64,000 nucleotides of DNA, taken from assembly GCA_041660605.1 (NCBI GenBank), contig JBAZWB010000002.1, forward strand, positions 170,408 through 234,407. The letters run 5' to 3'. The notes below the pieces were generated by a model. It worked only from the letters and a program-made list of their open reading frames with translations, was not told the origin of the DNA and ran no database searches. The position numbers and the translations under genes are program-made. This stretch comes from Patescibacteria group bacterium. GTDB lineage: Bacteria; Patescibacteriota; Patescibacteriia; UBA10025; JAHIVO01. Below are positions 9,733-18,394 of the stretch, piece by piece (the first letter of the stretch is position 1; every line of letters begins with the position of its first letter).

Positions 9733-9830
9733 TATTTTCATATTTTTTTCACTACTCCTTTGGTGGCATCCACCTCTACTCTATCCCCATTTTTTGCCGA
9801 TTTTGTCCCTGAAGACAAGCGAAGTGCTGA
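9733..9830 (-). pseudogene. 3'-terminal remnant of another swivel-domain paralogue (encodes ...LRLSSGTKSAKNGDRVEVDATKGVVKKI*)
   Basis: The reverse complement of 9733-9806 translates to KNGDRVEVDATKGVVKKI followed by a stop. This is the same C-terminal consensus seen in the intact array genes, and no upstream body is present. Confidence 0.5.
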
Positions 9831-9914
9831 CTGAAGGGGTACAAAATCGAGTATCCCGCTGACCCCTGAAGCTGAGCCTGCCGAAGCTGAAGGGGATAGC
9901 GGGAAAAAACTGCC

Positions 9915-11006
9915 TCATATTTTCCTAACAACCCCATTATAGGCATCAACCTCTATTTTGTCACCATCCTTGAACACTTTTGTGGCAATTTTCGTACCAA
10001 TAATACAGGGAATACCGAGCTCTCGCGCTACTACTGCCGCGTGCGAAAGCATCCCGCCCTCATCCGTGACTATAGCGCTGCAACGTCGGATAAACCTGAT
10101 ATCATCCGGATGAGTCATGGGCGAGACCAAAATAATTTTATTTTTTCGGGCTGGGCGTTTGTGTGATTTCGCCAGCAGAATATTAAAAACTATGCCTCGC
10201 ACTATTCCCGGATGTGCCACATGGCCGCTGACAACCTTTTGCCCTCTGGTGTTAAAAAAATTATTTAATAAACTCCTGGCTGCACGATTATCTGCCTGCA
10301 CAGTTTCCTGATTATTCCGCAATAAATAGACAAACCCGCGTGTCCGCTGGCGTAACCCTCTAATTTGTTTTTTAGATAAAGCCCTGCCATTCAGAAAAAA
10401 ATTCATTTCATTTCTCGTCATAGCTAGCAGTAATTCTGGCTTGAGATGCAGGGGCTTGCCAAGCTGACCCATAGCAGTACGCAGCCAGCCTTCAACCACC
10501 GAGTAAAACCTGCCAACCTGATCACGCTGTTTAGCGATTAACACGACAGATTTCCTTGGCAGTACGCGGGTTTCCTGGGCATCACCGAGATAGCGCATCA
10601 AGGCACTATAAATTCCCAAACTGATGAAGTAGCGCGGAAATTCATTAATGGCCAAACTAATAAATTTTTTTGGATTTTTTCTCGCACCTGATGCGGACCG
10701 CCGCAGCCGCAAAGAAATTTGGTGATACATGCTTTGCGCTAATTTAAGTGTAGTACTGAGCCAGTGGTGGCTGTTTTGCAACGCTTGTCCAACTTTTCTG
10801 CCAATGTCTTCCTGATTCATTAACGTCAAACATTCTCTCCTGTCGCCAACGCCTCCGATTATGGTATACCGGAAACCAATTGCCCGCTTTAACTGACGAT
10901 AATAAGCTTCGCTAACGCAACTCAATGTAAAAATAGAAATTGGACGCCTTACTCCAGTAGTTAAATTATACTTTTTAATAAAAGAAGCTGATAATAGGCT
11001 ACCCAT
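9915..11006 (-). CDS. PEP-utilizing-enzyme mobile domain protein, array member 6 (363 aa, shorter N-terminal domain)
   Basis: The C-terminus THPDDIRFIRRCSAIVTDEGGMLSHAAVVARELGIPCIIGTKIATKVFKDGDKIEVDAYNG matches the swivel domain. Confidence 0.75.
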   Translation of the reverse strand: MGSLLSASFIKKYNLTTGVRRPISIFTLSCVSEAYYRQLKRAIGFRYTIIGGVGDRRECLTLMNQEDIGRKVGQALQNSHHWLSTTLKLAQSMYHQISLRLRRSASGARKNPKKFISLAINEFPRYFISLGIYSALMRYLGDAQETRVLPRKSVVLIAKQRDQVGRFYSVVEGWLRTAMGQLGKPLHLKPELLLAMTRNEMNFFLNGRALSKKQIRGLRQRTRGFVYLLRNNQETVQADNRAARSLLNNFFNTRGQKVVSGHVAHPGIVRGIVFNILLAKSHKRPARKNKIILVSPMTHPDDIRFIRRCSAIVTDEGGMLSHAAVVARELGIPCIIGTKIATKVFKDGDKIEVDAYNGVVRKI

Positions 11007-11008
11007 AA

Positions 11009-12085
11009 TTATTTTTGTAACAATTTTACTTGCCCACGCGTTGCATCCACCTCCACCTTATCACCATCTCTTAAAACTTGAGTGGCGATTTTCGTACCGA
11101 TGACGCAAGGGATCCTTAATTCGCGGGAAATAATTGCAGCATGCGATGTAATTCCGCCCTCATCAGTAATAATAGCTTTTGCCCTCTGGTATGCCAAGAT
11201 AGTATCAGGGCGAGTCATCTCGGTTACTAAAATTTCATTTTTTCTGAATTTTCTGATTTGATTGGAGATATTATGCGATTTGTGGAGTACCAACCTTACA
11301 CTACCCCTGACTTTTCCTTTGTACGCTATTGTACCAGTAATTGCTTGTTTTGAATTAGTAAAATAATGATTAACCCATTTCCATATTTTTTTATATTCCT
11401 GACCGGTTAAAATAATTTCCCGACCACCCATTTTCCATAAAAGATATCCCTTTTTTCTACGCGAAATTAACTTTTGCGGAACACTTTTCCCTGTAAACAC
11501 TTTATTTATCTCTTTGCTGGTATAAAAATATAAATCTTGAGCGGCAATATTGAAACTTTTCCCAACTGTTGTTAGCAATTCTTTAAAAAGCAGATAAAAA
11601 ACTTGCTCGCCGGCCTTCCGCAGTTTAAAACGCAAGCGGCCAAGCTGATGCATTGTTTTTTTCTCCTTGGCACTGGCCAATGATTCAAATTTTTTTAGCC
11701 TCACCTCCTCAGTCCAGGTATAAATATTACTGTATCTATTGAGCAAGGAAACCATTTCCTCAAATAAAACCTTCAGCTGTCTATTACTCAACTTTTTGAT
11801 ATCAGTATTCCCGTATTTTTTGATGAATTGCCCAATTTGAAAAATAATTCGATCAGCATTTTTATGATACGCAGCAAAAGCGCCTGCCTGACTAAAAAAA
11901 CGGTGGCCTTTCTGGATTTCCTCATTATAACGGCCATTAATAAAATACAGATGTAAAACCGATTTATTATAAAAACACAGTAAATTATCATTTAAAATTA
12001 AATGGCGCTTATCAGTCAGCCAAAAAAGCGGTAACAAATATTCACGCGCCCAAAATTCTACTGATTTAATTTCTGATAAGCTCAT
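11009..12085 (-). CDS. PEP-utilizing-enzyme mobile domain protein, array member 7 (358 aa)
   Basis: The C-terminus TRPDTILAYQRAKAIITDEGGITSHAAIISRELRIPCVIGTKIATQVLRDGDKVEVDATRG matches the swivel domain. Confidence 0.75.
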   Translation of the reverse strand: MSLSEIKSVEFWAREYLLPLFWLTDKRHLILNDNLLCFYNKSVLHLYFINGRYNEEIQKGHRFFSQAGAFAAYHKNADRIIFQIGQFIKKYGNTDIKKLSNRQLKVLFEEMVSLLNRYSNIYTWTEEVRLKKFESLASAKEKKTMHQLGRLRFKLRKAGEQVFYLLFKELLTTVGKSFNIAAQDLYFYTSKEINKVFTGKSVPQKLISRRKKGYLLWKMGGREIILTGQEYKKIWKWVNHYFTNSKQAITGTIAYKGKVRGSVRLVLHKSHNISNQIRKFRKNEILVTEMTRPDTILAYQRAKAIITDEGGITSHAAIISRELRIPCVIGTKIATQVLRDGDKVEVDATRGQVKLLQK

Positions 12086-13578
12086 GATATTTTTTTAACT
12101 ACGCCTAGCTTCGCATCCACCTCAACGCGGTCGCCGTCTTTTAAAACGCTGGTGGCCGTCTTCGTGCCAACAATACAGGGTTTTTTCAGCTCCCGGGCAA
12201 CGATGGCTGCGTGGCAGGTGATGCCGCCCTCGTCAGTGACAATCGCCCGGCACTTGCGCATGGCCGGCACAAAATCAGGGTGCGTGGTAACCGCAATCAT
12301 AATATCGCCCTGCCTGATTTTCCGTAAGTCATGCTTGGTATAGATTACCTGTGCCGAACCCACCACCTGCCCGGGCGAACCCGCCATCCCGTGCAGAATA
12401 CGCGTTTCGTGAATACACTGGCCGCCAAGTTCCTGCTTGATCATTTTTTTAAGCTCTGGGCCTTGCATCACGACAACCTCGCCCCCATGCTTCCGCAATA
12501 ATCCATAAGCTTTAACCCGTGTCTTTAATACTGTTTTGTCCACTGGTAATTTTCCCTGCGTAAGGTAGGCAATCATTTCCTTTCGGATTAGATGGGTTAT
12601 TTCTTTAATAGTAACGCCTGCCCGACGGGCTAACTCATGATAAAGCGGTTGGATATTGTGGCTACCTAAACGGCGGTAATCATCGCGCTGATCCTTAATA
12701 AACGACATTTCATGCGCCATAATCAATAGTTCTCGCTGGCGGGGAGTAGGATACAGCTCATGCAATATTTTCTTGAACATCCGCTGGCGGTAGGGGAAAC
12801 GTTTTCTTAGCTGGCTTAACTCAAGCTTTAGACTAGCAATATTCTTCCGGAGCAACTTGTTTAATTCCGACATAAAGTATTCCCTTGTCCATGGCTTATC
12901 ATTAATGTCATAACATGGCAGCCAGCGGTACTTCTGCCAGTGGAGATTAATCAGGCGGCCAATAGCTGCTTGCTTCAGCCGAGGCTGGCTTTTTGTCCAA
13001 ACAGCCAGCTTAAGTAAATTTTCATGTTCGCTAATTACAGCATTCTTTTTTTCCGGTGAAAATATTATCTCAACAATTTCCTCCGTATCCGACACGCGCT
13101 GGTGCTGACGGAGGAGCTTTTGCAGCTCTTGTTCGGCGACCTGCGAAATAAAAGGTTCCGTAATAAATGGCACCCAGATCGGGCCATTGAAAAAATCCAG
13201 ATGCAGCCGATCAAACGCTAAATAACGTCTTCTCAGCTCTCTCCATGATAGTTTAGTCAGGTTACCGTTGGCCAGCTTCTGCGCGCCGCTGCCATATCTA
13301 ACCTGCCATCGCCGGACCAACTGCATATAGTAATGAAAAGTTGGCAGGTTTTTACAGGTGCCGTAATATACTTTTTTGGTAAAACGCTGCCATTCTGCAT
13401 TTTCATAATATATCGTATGATTGCCACGTTCGGGAGCGACCAGGTTGTTCTGCAGACTGGCATGAAAACGCTTCCGGTAGAAATCCGAAATAAAAACCCG
13501 GATGACAATTTCGAACCGCTGGCTGCAGAATTTCCGGGAAAAATAATGGGTCCAAACTATTTTTTTATCTTTACTCAT
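12082..13578 (-). CDS. PEP-utilizing-enzyme mobile domain protein, array member 8 (498 aa)
   Basis: The C-terminus THPDFVPAMRKCRAIVTDEGGITCHAAIVARELKKPCIVGTKTATSVLKDGDRVEVDAKLG matches the swivel domain. The start codon overlaps the stop of member 7 in an ATGA arrangement. Confidence 0.8.
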   Translation of the reverse strand: MSKDKKIVWTHYFSRKFCSQRFEIVIRVFISDFYRKRFHASLQNNLVAPERGNHTIYYENAEWQRFTKKVYYGTCKNLPTFHYYMQLVRRWQVRYGSGAQKLANGNLTKLSWRELRRRYLAFDRLHLDFFNGPIWVPFITEPFISQVAEQELQKLLRQHQRVSDTEEIVEIIFSPEKKNAVISEHENLLKLAVWTKSQPRLKQAAIGRLINLHWQKYRWLPCYDINDKPWTREYFMSELNKLLRKNIASLKLELSQLRKRFPYRQRMFKKILHELYPTPRQRELLIMAHEMSFIKDQRDDYRRLGSHNIQPLYHELARRAGVTIKEITHLIRKEMIAYLTQGKLPVDKTVLKTRVKAYGLLRKHGGEVVVMQGPELKKMIKQELGGQCIHETRILHGMAGSPGQVVGSAQVIYTKHDLRKIRQGDIMIAVTTHPDFVPAMRKCRAIVTDEGGITCHAAIVARELKKPCIVGTKTATSVLKDGDRVEVDAKLGVVKKIS

Positions 13579-15071
13579 AGTCTTTTAATTATACCCTTAT
13601 TTGCATCCACCTCAACCATTTCGCCATTTTTAAATAACCGCATGGCAAAACGGGTGCCCACCACACAAGGTATTTCCAATTCACGGGAAATAATTGCGGC
13701 ATGCGAAGTCAGGCCGCCTTCATCAGTGACGATCGCGCCGGCCCTACGAATCAGCGGTACAAAATCCGGCCTGGTCATATATGTCATCAGCACTTCGCCT
13801 TTTTTTAATTTTTTCCCCTGCAAACCAGGTGTCTCAATCTTTCTGACACGCCCGCGATAATATCCCGGCGAAGCCGCTATGCCTTTCAATTCATTAACGC
13901 CACTTTTTAAATTCATCTCATTAATAATTTTCCAAATAGCGGCAAGCTGGCGGCCGGTTAAAATACCTTCCTGGCCATCGGCAAAAACATAATACAGCAT
14001 TCCCGATATTCTTTTTTTCAGATCCGCTCGGACAATTTTTTTTCCTTTAATGCTGGCAATGAACTCCTGCGGTATTAAATGCTGAGCCTCTGAAACCGAT
14101 AAATTGGAAATTTTCGTTACCTGGCTAATAAAACGATTGCACCAATAATTACCCAATAAATTAGCCACTTTTCTCTCATCCTGCCAATGGGCGGCGAAAC
14201 CGATGCGCTTCAGCTTTTTTATTTCCTCCTTGGATAATTTGGTCTTTTGTTCTGCCTGATGCTGCCGCCGACGTAAATCCTTTTCATAGTTTTTTAAATA
14301 GATATGCCTATTATTAATTTTCTGGTAATTTTCACTATCAAGCATTCTTAACTGGCTGTAAAATTTCCCCAATGACAACGGCTTTGTATCGCGATAGTTA
14401 AAATGCATCCAGTAATATTCTTTTTGGATCTTAATTAATTTTTGATAAGCCGCCGGCTGTTTCTTCTTAAAAATTTCCAGAGTTTTTGGCAATCTGCCTT
14501 TCAATTTCAAATACAAATCAAGCAGTCCCAGCTCTGCCATTTGTAAAAATGCCAGTTTTGGTGGGCTGGCAAATAATATGATATCCTCGTCAATTTTTGA
14601 TAAAAACCCATATTTACTCTTTAAGTTTTTAATCAATTTATCACCAGCCAGGGAAAAATACTCGGTAATCAAAGGCAGGCTGTATTCATACAAATATAAA
14701 TTATAAAAATTAAGGAAATCCCGCTGCAAATTTTTGATCCCCCTATGCGCCAGGTGATCTAAATTTTTATAATACCGTCTTTTATCCTTCTCCCACTGAA
14801 AATATATTTTGTTTACAAAATCAACATGGCCTAAACACCACTCACCCAGTTTGGTTAATTCGTCTTCGTCAAAAATCCAATACGCGCGATTGCCCCCATT
14901 GAAGGAAGCGATAATAATTTTTTTCGCTTGTAAAATAGGGAATCGCCGGTGCATAATCTTCGTTATTGCCTCAGCTGGTATGATAAACATTAGAGGTACG
15001 CCAACTCCGCCTTGGATTACCCAGCGCTTTGTGTTTATTAATATTTTCTTTTTTGTACTTTTAAAATTCAT
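13575..15071 (-). CDS. PEP-utilizing-enzyme mobile domain protein, array member 9 (498 aa)
   Basis: The C-terminus TRPDFVPLIRRAGAIVTDEGGLTSHAAIISRELEIPCVVGTRFAMRLFKNGEMVEVDANKG matches the swivel domain. The N-terminus has KEYYWMHFNY and HWQDERK. Confidence 0.8.
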   Translation of the reverse strand: MNFKSTKKKILINTKRWVIQGGVGVPLMFIIPAEAITKIMHRRFPILQAKKIIIASFNGGNRAYWIFDEDELTKLGEWCLGHVDFVNKIYFQWEKDKRRYYKNLDHLAHRGIKNLQRDFLNFYNLYLYEYSLPLITEYFSLAGDKLIKNLKSKYGFLSKIDEDIILFASPPKLAFLQMAELGLLDLYLKLKGRLPKTLEIFKKKQPAAYQKLIKIQKEYYWMHFNYRDTKPLSLGKFYSQLRMLDSENYQKINNRHIYLKNYEKDLRRRQHQAEQKTKLSKEEIKKLKRIGFAAHWQDERKVANLLGNYWCNRFISQVTKISNLSVSEAQHLIPQEFIASIKGKKIVRADLKKRISGMLYYVFADGQEGILTGRQLAAIWKIINEMNLKSGVNELKGIAASPGYYRGRVRKIETPGLQGKKLKKGEVLMTYMTRPDFVPLIRRAGAIVTDEGGLTSHAAIISRELEIPCVVGTRFAMRLFKNGEMVEVDANKGIIKRL

Positions 15072-16530
15072 TTCTCAATTTTTTTACATAACCGGAGTTG
15101 GCATCAACCTCTACTTTGTCACCATCCTTGAACACTTTAGTACCTATTTTCGTCCCTATTATGCAGGGCTTACCTAATTCACGGGAGATAATCGCTGCGT
15201 GGCAGGTGATGCCGCCCTCATCGGTTACCACCGCTGATGCCCTTTTCATTGCTGGAGCAAAATCCGGCGTCGTCATGGAAGTTATCAGAACATTCCCCTG
15301 CTTTAGTCTGCCTAAGATATCACCCGCTTGATGCGATACCCTGGCAATACCCCTGGCCTTGCCTGGCGAAGCTGCTATACCTTTTATCTTGTCAATATTG
15401 GCAAAATTTTTCCGCCCAAAAACTTGGAGCTGCTTGTCTTTTGCCTTTTGGCCGCCTAAAACAATAAACTTACCCCTAGTGGCTTCGCAATACAAATATT
15501 TCTGGCGGCTTCGCACTTCCTGCCAGTCAATTGCTTTATTTATCATAACCTCGTTTATTTCCTCGGGTGTGCACCATAAAAGATCGTTAAAACTGATCTG
15601 CCTTTGCCGATTTATAAATTCCCGTAATAACAGACGGCTGGCATACATGGCCTTCATCTGAATTTCTTTCCTCCAATCATGCAAAACCGCAATTTTTTCA
15701 ATCAATTCTAAATATGAACTAATTTTTTCCGGCAGATGATATTTTCTTTTTATTTCACTTTTTTTGCGTTTGATGTTTTTAGGAAAATTCCTGGCTTCTT
15801 TGATCTTTTGATCAAGCTGTTCGGGCGTAAAATTTAATAACTGCTTAATTCTGGTTTTAATATCGGCTATAGTCTGAATTTCAACGTAGCCCCAGCCAAG
15901 TGAGATCCACCAAAATTCATTATAATGCCTCATGATCAAGGCATCTTTGCGTTTCCTGACGAGCTTGTCTTTTATTTTTCTGGCAATAGTTAAAAGGCTC
16001 AGCTCTTCCTTTTGTAAATATGTAGGCTTAGTGGGGGTTAATAGTATATTTTGGGCATAATGATCCGTTGATGGTATCAGCTTATTGAGCAGTGGCGGCA
16101 AGATCACCTCTAAAGCTTCATCAACGCCATCCAAAGGCATTCCCAAATTAGCAAAGTGCAGATAATTACTGCTGAATTCCGTATATGATTTATAAAGAGC
16201 TTTATTGGAATACTGCTTTAAATTTGCGGTAACAATTTCTTCAGTAAAACTAATATTCTTTTTCTGCCAATACTTCCAGATACGGAGATAAGTATTTTTA
16301 AATTTATCTGAATTTATCAATCTATCCGCTATTCTTATGCCATACTTTAAATTATCTTTATAAGGATAAAACCAGCTTAAATTTTTTCCGGTTGAGATGT
16401 AAATAATCCTGCTAAAATCAATATCTAATTTTGAAAGGTTATGATTTACAGGGCCAATAACCCAATAGTAAAGCACCTGGGGTACGCAATTACCACGGCT
16501 ATACTGCATCCATTTTGTGCCAATTATCAT
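15061..16530 (-). CDS. PEP-utilizing-enzyme mobile domain protein, array member 10 (489 aa)
   Basis: The C-terminus TTPDFAPAMKRASAVVTDEGGITCHAAIISRELGKPCIIGTKIGTKVFKDGDKVEVDANSG matches the swivel domain. The N-terminus has NEFWWISLGW and HDWRKE. Confidence 0.8.
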   Translation of the reverse strand: MIIGTKWMQYSRGNCVPQVLYYWVIGPVNHNLSKLDIDFSRIIYISTGKNLSWFYPYKDNLKYGIRIADRLINSDKFKNTYLRIWKYWQKKNISFTEEIVTANLKQYSNKALYKSYTEFSSNYLHFANLGMPLDGVDEALEVILPPLLNKLIPSTDHYAQNILLTPTKPTYLQKEELSLLTIARKIKDKLVRKRKDALIMRHYNEFWWISLGWGYVEIQTIADIKTRIKQLLNFTPEQLDQKIKEARNFPKNIKRKKSEIKRKYHLPEKISSYLELIEKIAVLHDWRKEIQMKAMYASRLLLREFINRQRQISFNDLLWCTPEEINEVMINKAIDWQEVRSRQKYLYCEATRGKFIVLGGQKAKDKQLQVFGRKNFANIDKIKGIAASPGKARGIARVSHQAGDILGRLKQGNVLITSMTTPDFAPAMKRASAVVTDEGGITCHAAIISRELGKPCIIGTKIGTKVFKDGDKVEVDANSGYVKKLRNEF

Positions 16531-16673
16531 ATAAAATTATGAATTCTGCCTAAAAATAAAAACATTTAGCTCTACTTATTCGCCCTTCTTTTCCTTTATT
16601 CTCATTAAAAAACCAAAAAAAAGCAAGCCCCAAGCAGCCATGCCGGCAATTGTGATTTTTTAATAAAGTAAAT

Positions 16674-18374
16674 CTATTTTTCTTCCTTGGACAGATTCAA
16701 AATAATCGCTAGTGAATTAAAATCCAACAATTGCAGATATTTTTCCGTTTTACTGTTGGTATGCCGGAAGCGCAGGTTCTCGGGCGCAATATTATCCAAA
16801 TGAAGCTTCGCCTGCAAATCCAAACCCAGGCCTTTTTTCAGGTTATTAAAAGCCAGTAAAATATTATTAGTGCGATCGCCAATAGTATCAATTTTTGACA
16901 GGTTCAGTCCGCGCGTCTGCTCCAGTAATTGGCCTAGTTCCTCTCTGATACCCTCTAACAACTTTACCTGGGGCTTTTTTAATCCCTTTCCGACAGCTTT
17001 AAGCTCAGCGGCGCTTAACTTCTGCAGACTCTCCGCCGCTTTTCTATTATTAATAACCTGGGTAATTTCTCTTATTGCCGATTCCATTGATTGCCAGGCA
17101 GTCCAAAATTCGTTAACCTTTTTATCTTTTGATAATTTAGCTGCCTCATAAGCGCTATGCGCTTCCTTGGCCTGGCTGGTCAGTTGTTTCTGGACGCTCT
17201 CCAGGTCTCCAGACTTTGCATCAGGGCGTAGGCCAATTGATGCCGGGTTATCCAGGGCACTGGCTTCCACTGGAACTAAAATTTCCTGGCCGGCCTGAAC
17301 CCTCAGGCTATCCAATCGGGGATTATAGTTCACTACCTCCCCTTTATTATTAATAATTGTAGTTTCCGCTGCCTTTTTATCCTGCAAATCAACAACGTCG
17401 TCATCATCCCATTTGTCTTCATGTCTTTGATCGCTGACCCTTTGGACATTATGCCAATACTTTTTATCCTGGCGGTGTGACAACGCTTCCAGTACCAGTT
17501 CGCTGTACTCGGCATCTGCCTTTTCTCTGGCTTCAGCTTCAGTCAGGCCCTCTTCTTCCATAATTTTTTCCATTAACGCCTGCTTATTCACGCCCTTCCC
17601 TTCATCCAAATCAAGTATGCCAGCAGATATTTTACCAATAAAATCCTCTATCTTGGCCACTTGGGCTTCTGTTAGTTCTACCTGTTTCTGTGCCTCTGCG
17701 TCATCACGATGTTCCTTGGCATTACGTTGCTGCGCCTTTACCCGCTCCACCCATTCAACCAATAAATCTAAATTTTCTGCGAATGCATCAAACAATTCGC
17801 CCTGAAAATGCTCTGTTTTTACCTCCAGAAGTTTGCTCACACTTTCCTTCAGATTCCATTTTCCCACATTACTAAGCTCGCGAAAGGCTATATTGTTTTC
17901 ATCATCTGCTGCCTCTAAAAAATAATCCTGACGTCTCTGCTTCTGGACAAAAATCCGGCCTTCACGCTTTTTATTAAAATTAGCTGAAATTTCTGCTCCT
18001 TCATCTTGCCGCCAGTCATCCGTACCGCATTTACTCCATATTATCTCACTTGACTCAGGGTCAAAAGTGGTAATCCCTTTCAACCAGGCATCCTGGTTTT
18101 TTAACCCCAATTCTTCAAGACGCCTGGCGAGCATCAGTGTGCCACGCGTATCCCCAAACATATGCTTCAATAGTACCTGTGTCGCTGCTTGCGACACCAC
18201 CCCTGGCCTGATATTGTTGTTTTTGAACCTTTCAACCTCTTCCGGCTTCCGCAATAAATCCATAGCTTCTTCTGGAGAAGCCAGCTTCTCTTCCATATTA
18301 TTTACTTCCAAACTATCGCCACCTAAACCATGTTCAGAAGCCAAAATTTCGCCCCCTGGTATTTCACGGCTCAT
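16674..18374 (-). CDS. hypothetical soluble protein (566 aa) with a coiled-coil C-terminal half. Its N-terminal domain is paralogous to the C-terminal domain of the 1060-aa membrane protein
   Basis: It shares the motifs LLKHMFGD, WLKGI, QKQRRQ(D/N)Y and NVGKWNL with ORF 19762-22944. The composition is acidic and helical. Confidence 0.55.
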   Translation of the reverse strand: MSREIPGGEILASEHGLGGDSLEVNNMEEKLASPEEAMDLLRKPEEVERFKNNNIRPGVVSQAATQVLLKHMFGDTRGTLMLARRLEELGLKNQDAWLKGITTFDPESSEIIWSKCGTDDWRQDEGAEISANFNKKREGRIFVQKQRRQDYFLEAADDENNIAFRELSNVGKWNLKESVSKLLEVKTEHFQGELFDAFAENLDLLVEWVERVKAQQRNAKEHRDDAEAQKQVELTEAQVAKIEDFIGKISAGILDLDEGKGVNKQALMEKIMEEEGLTEAEAREKADAEYSELVLEALSHRQDKKYWHNVQRVSDQRHEDKWDDDDVVDLQDKKAAETTIINNKGEVVNYNPRLDSLRVQAGQEILVPVEASALDNPASIGLRPDAKSGDLESVQKQLTSQAKEAHSAYEAAKLSKDKKVNEFWTAWQSMESAIREITQVINNRKAAESLQKLSAAELKAVGKGLKKPQVKLLEGIREELGQLLEQTRGLNLSKIDTIGDRTNNILLAFNNLKKGLGLDLQAKLHLDNIAPENLRFRHTNSKTEKYLQLLDFNSLAIILNLSKEEK

Positions 18375-18394
18375 ATAATTATTATTTAATATTT

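Noticed and set aside
9840-9910. Possible CRISPR-like or tandem repeat (repeated CTGAAGGGG/GCTGAAG units)
   Set aside because: There are only two or three short, irregular copies that form one imperfect hairpin. There are no regular repeat-spacer units and no cas genes in the window.
1001-16530. Annotating the array genes as phosphoenolpyruvate synthase or pyruvate phosphate dikinase
   Set aside because: Only the ~80-aa swivel domain matches. There are no PPDK_N nucleotide-binding signatures and no PEP-binding TIM barrel, and the proteins are half the size of PpsA or PPDK.
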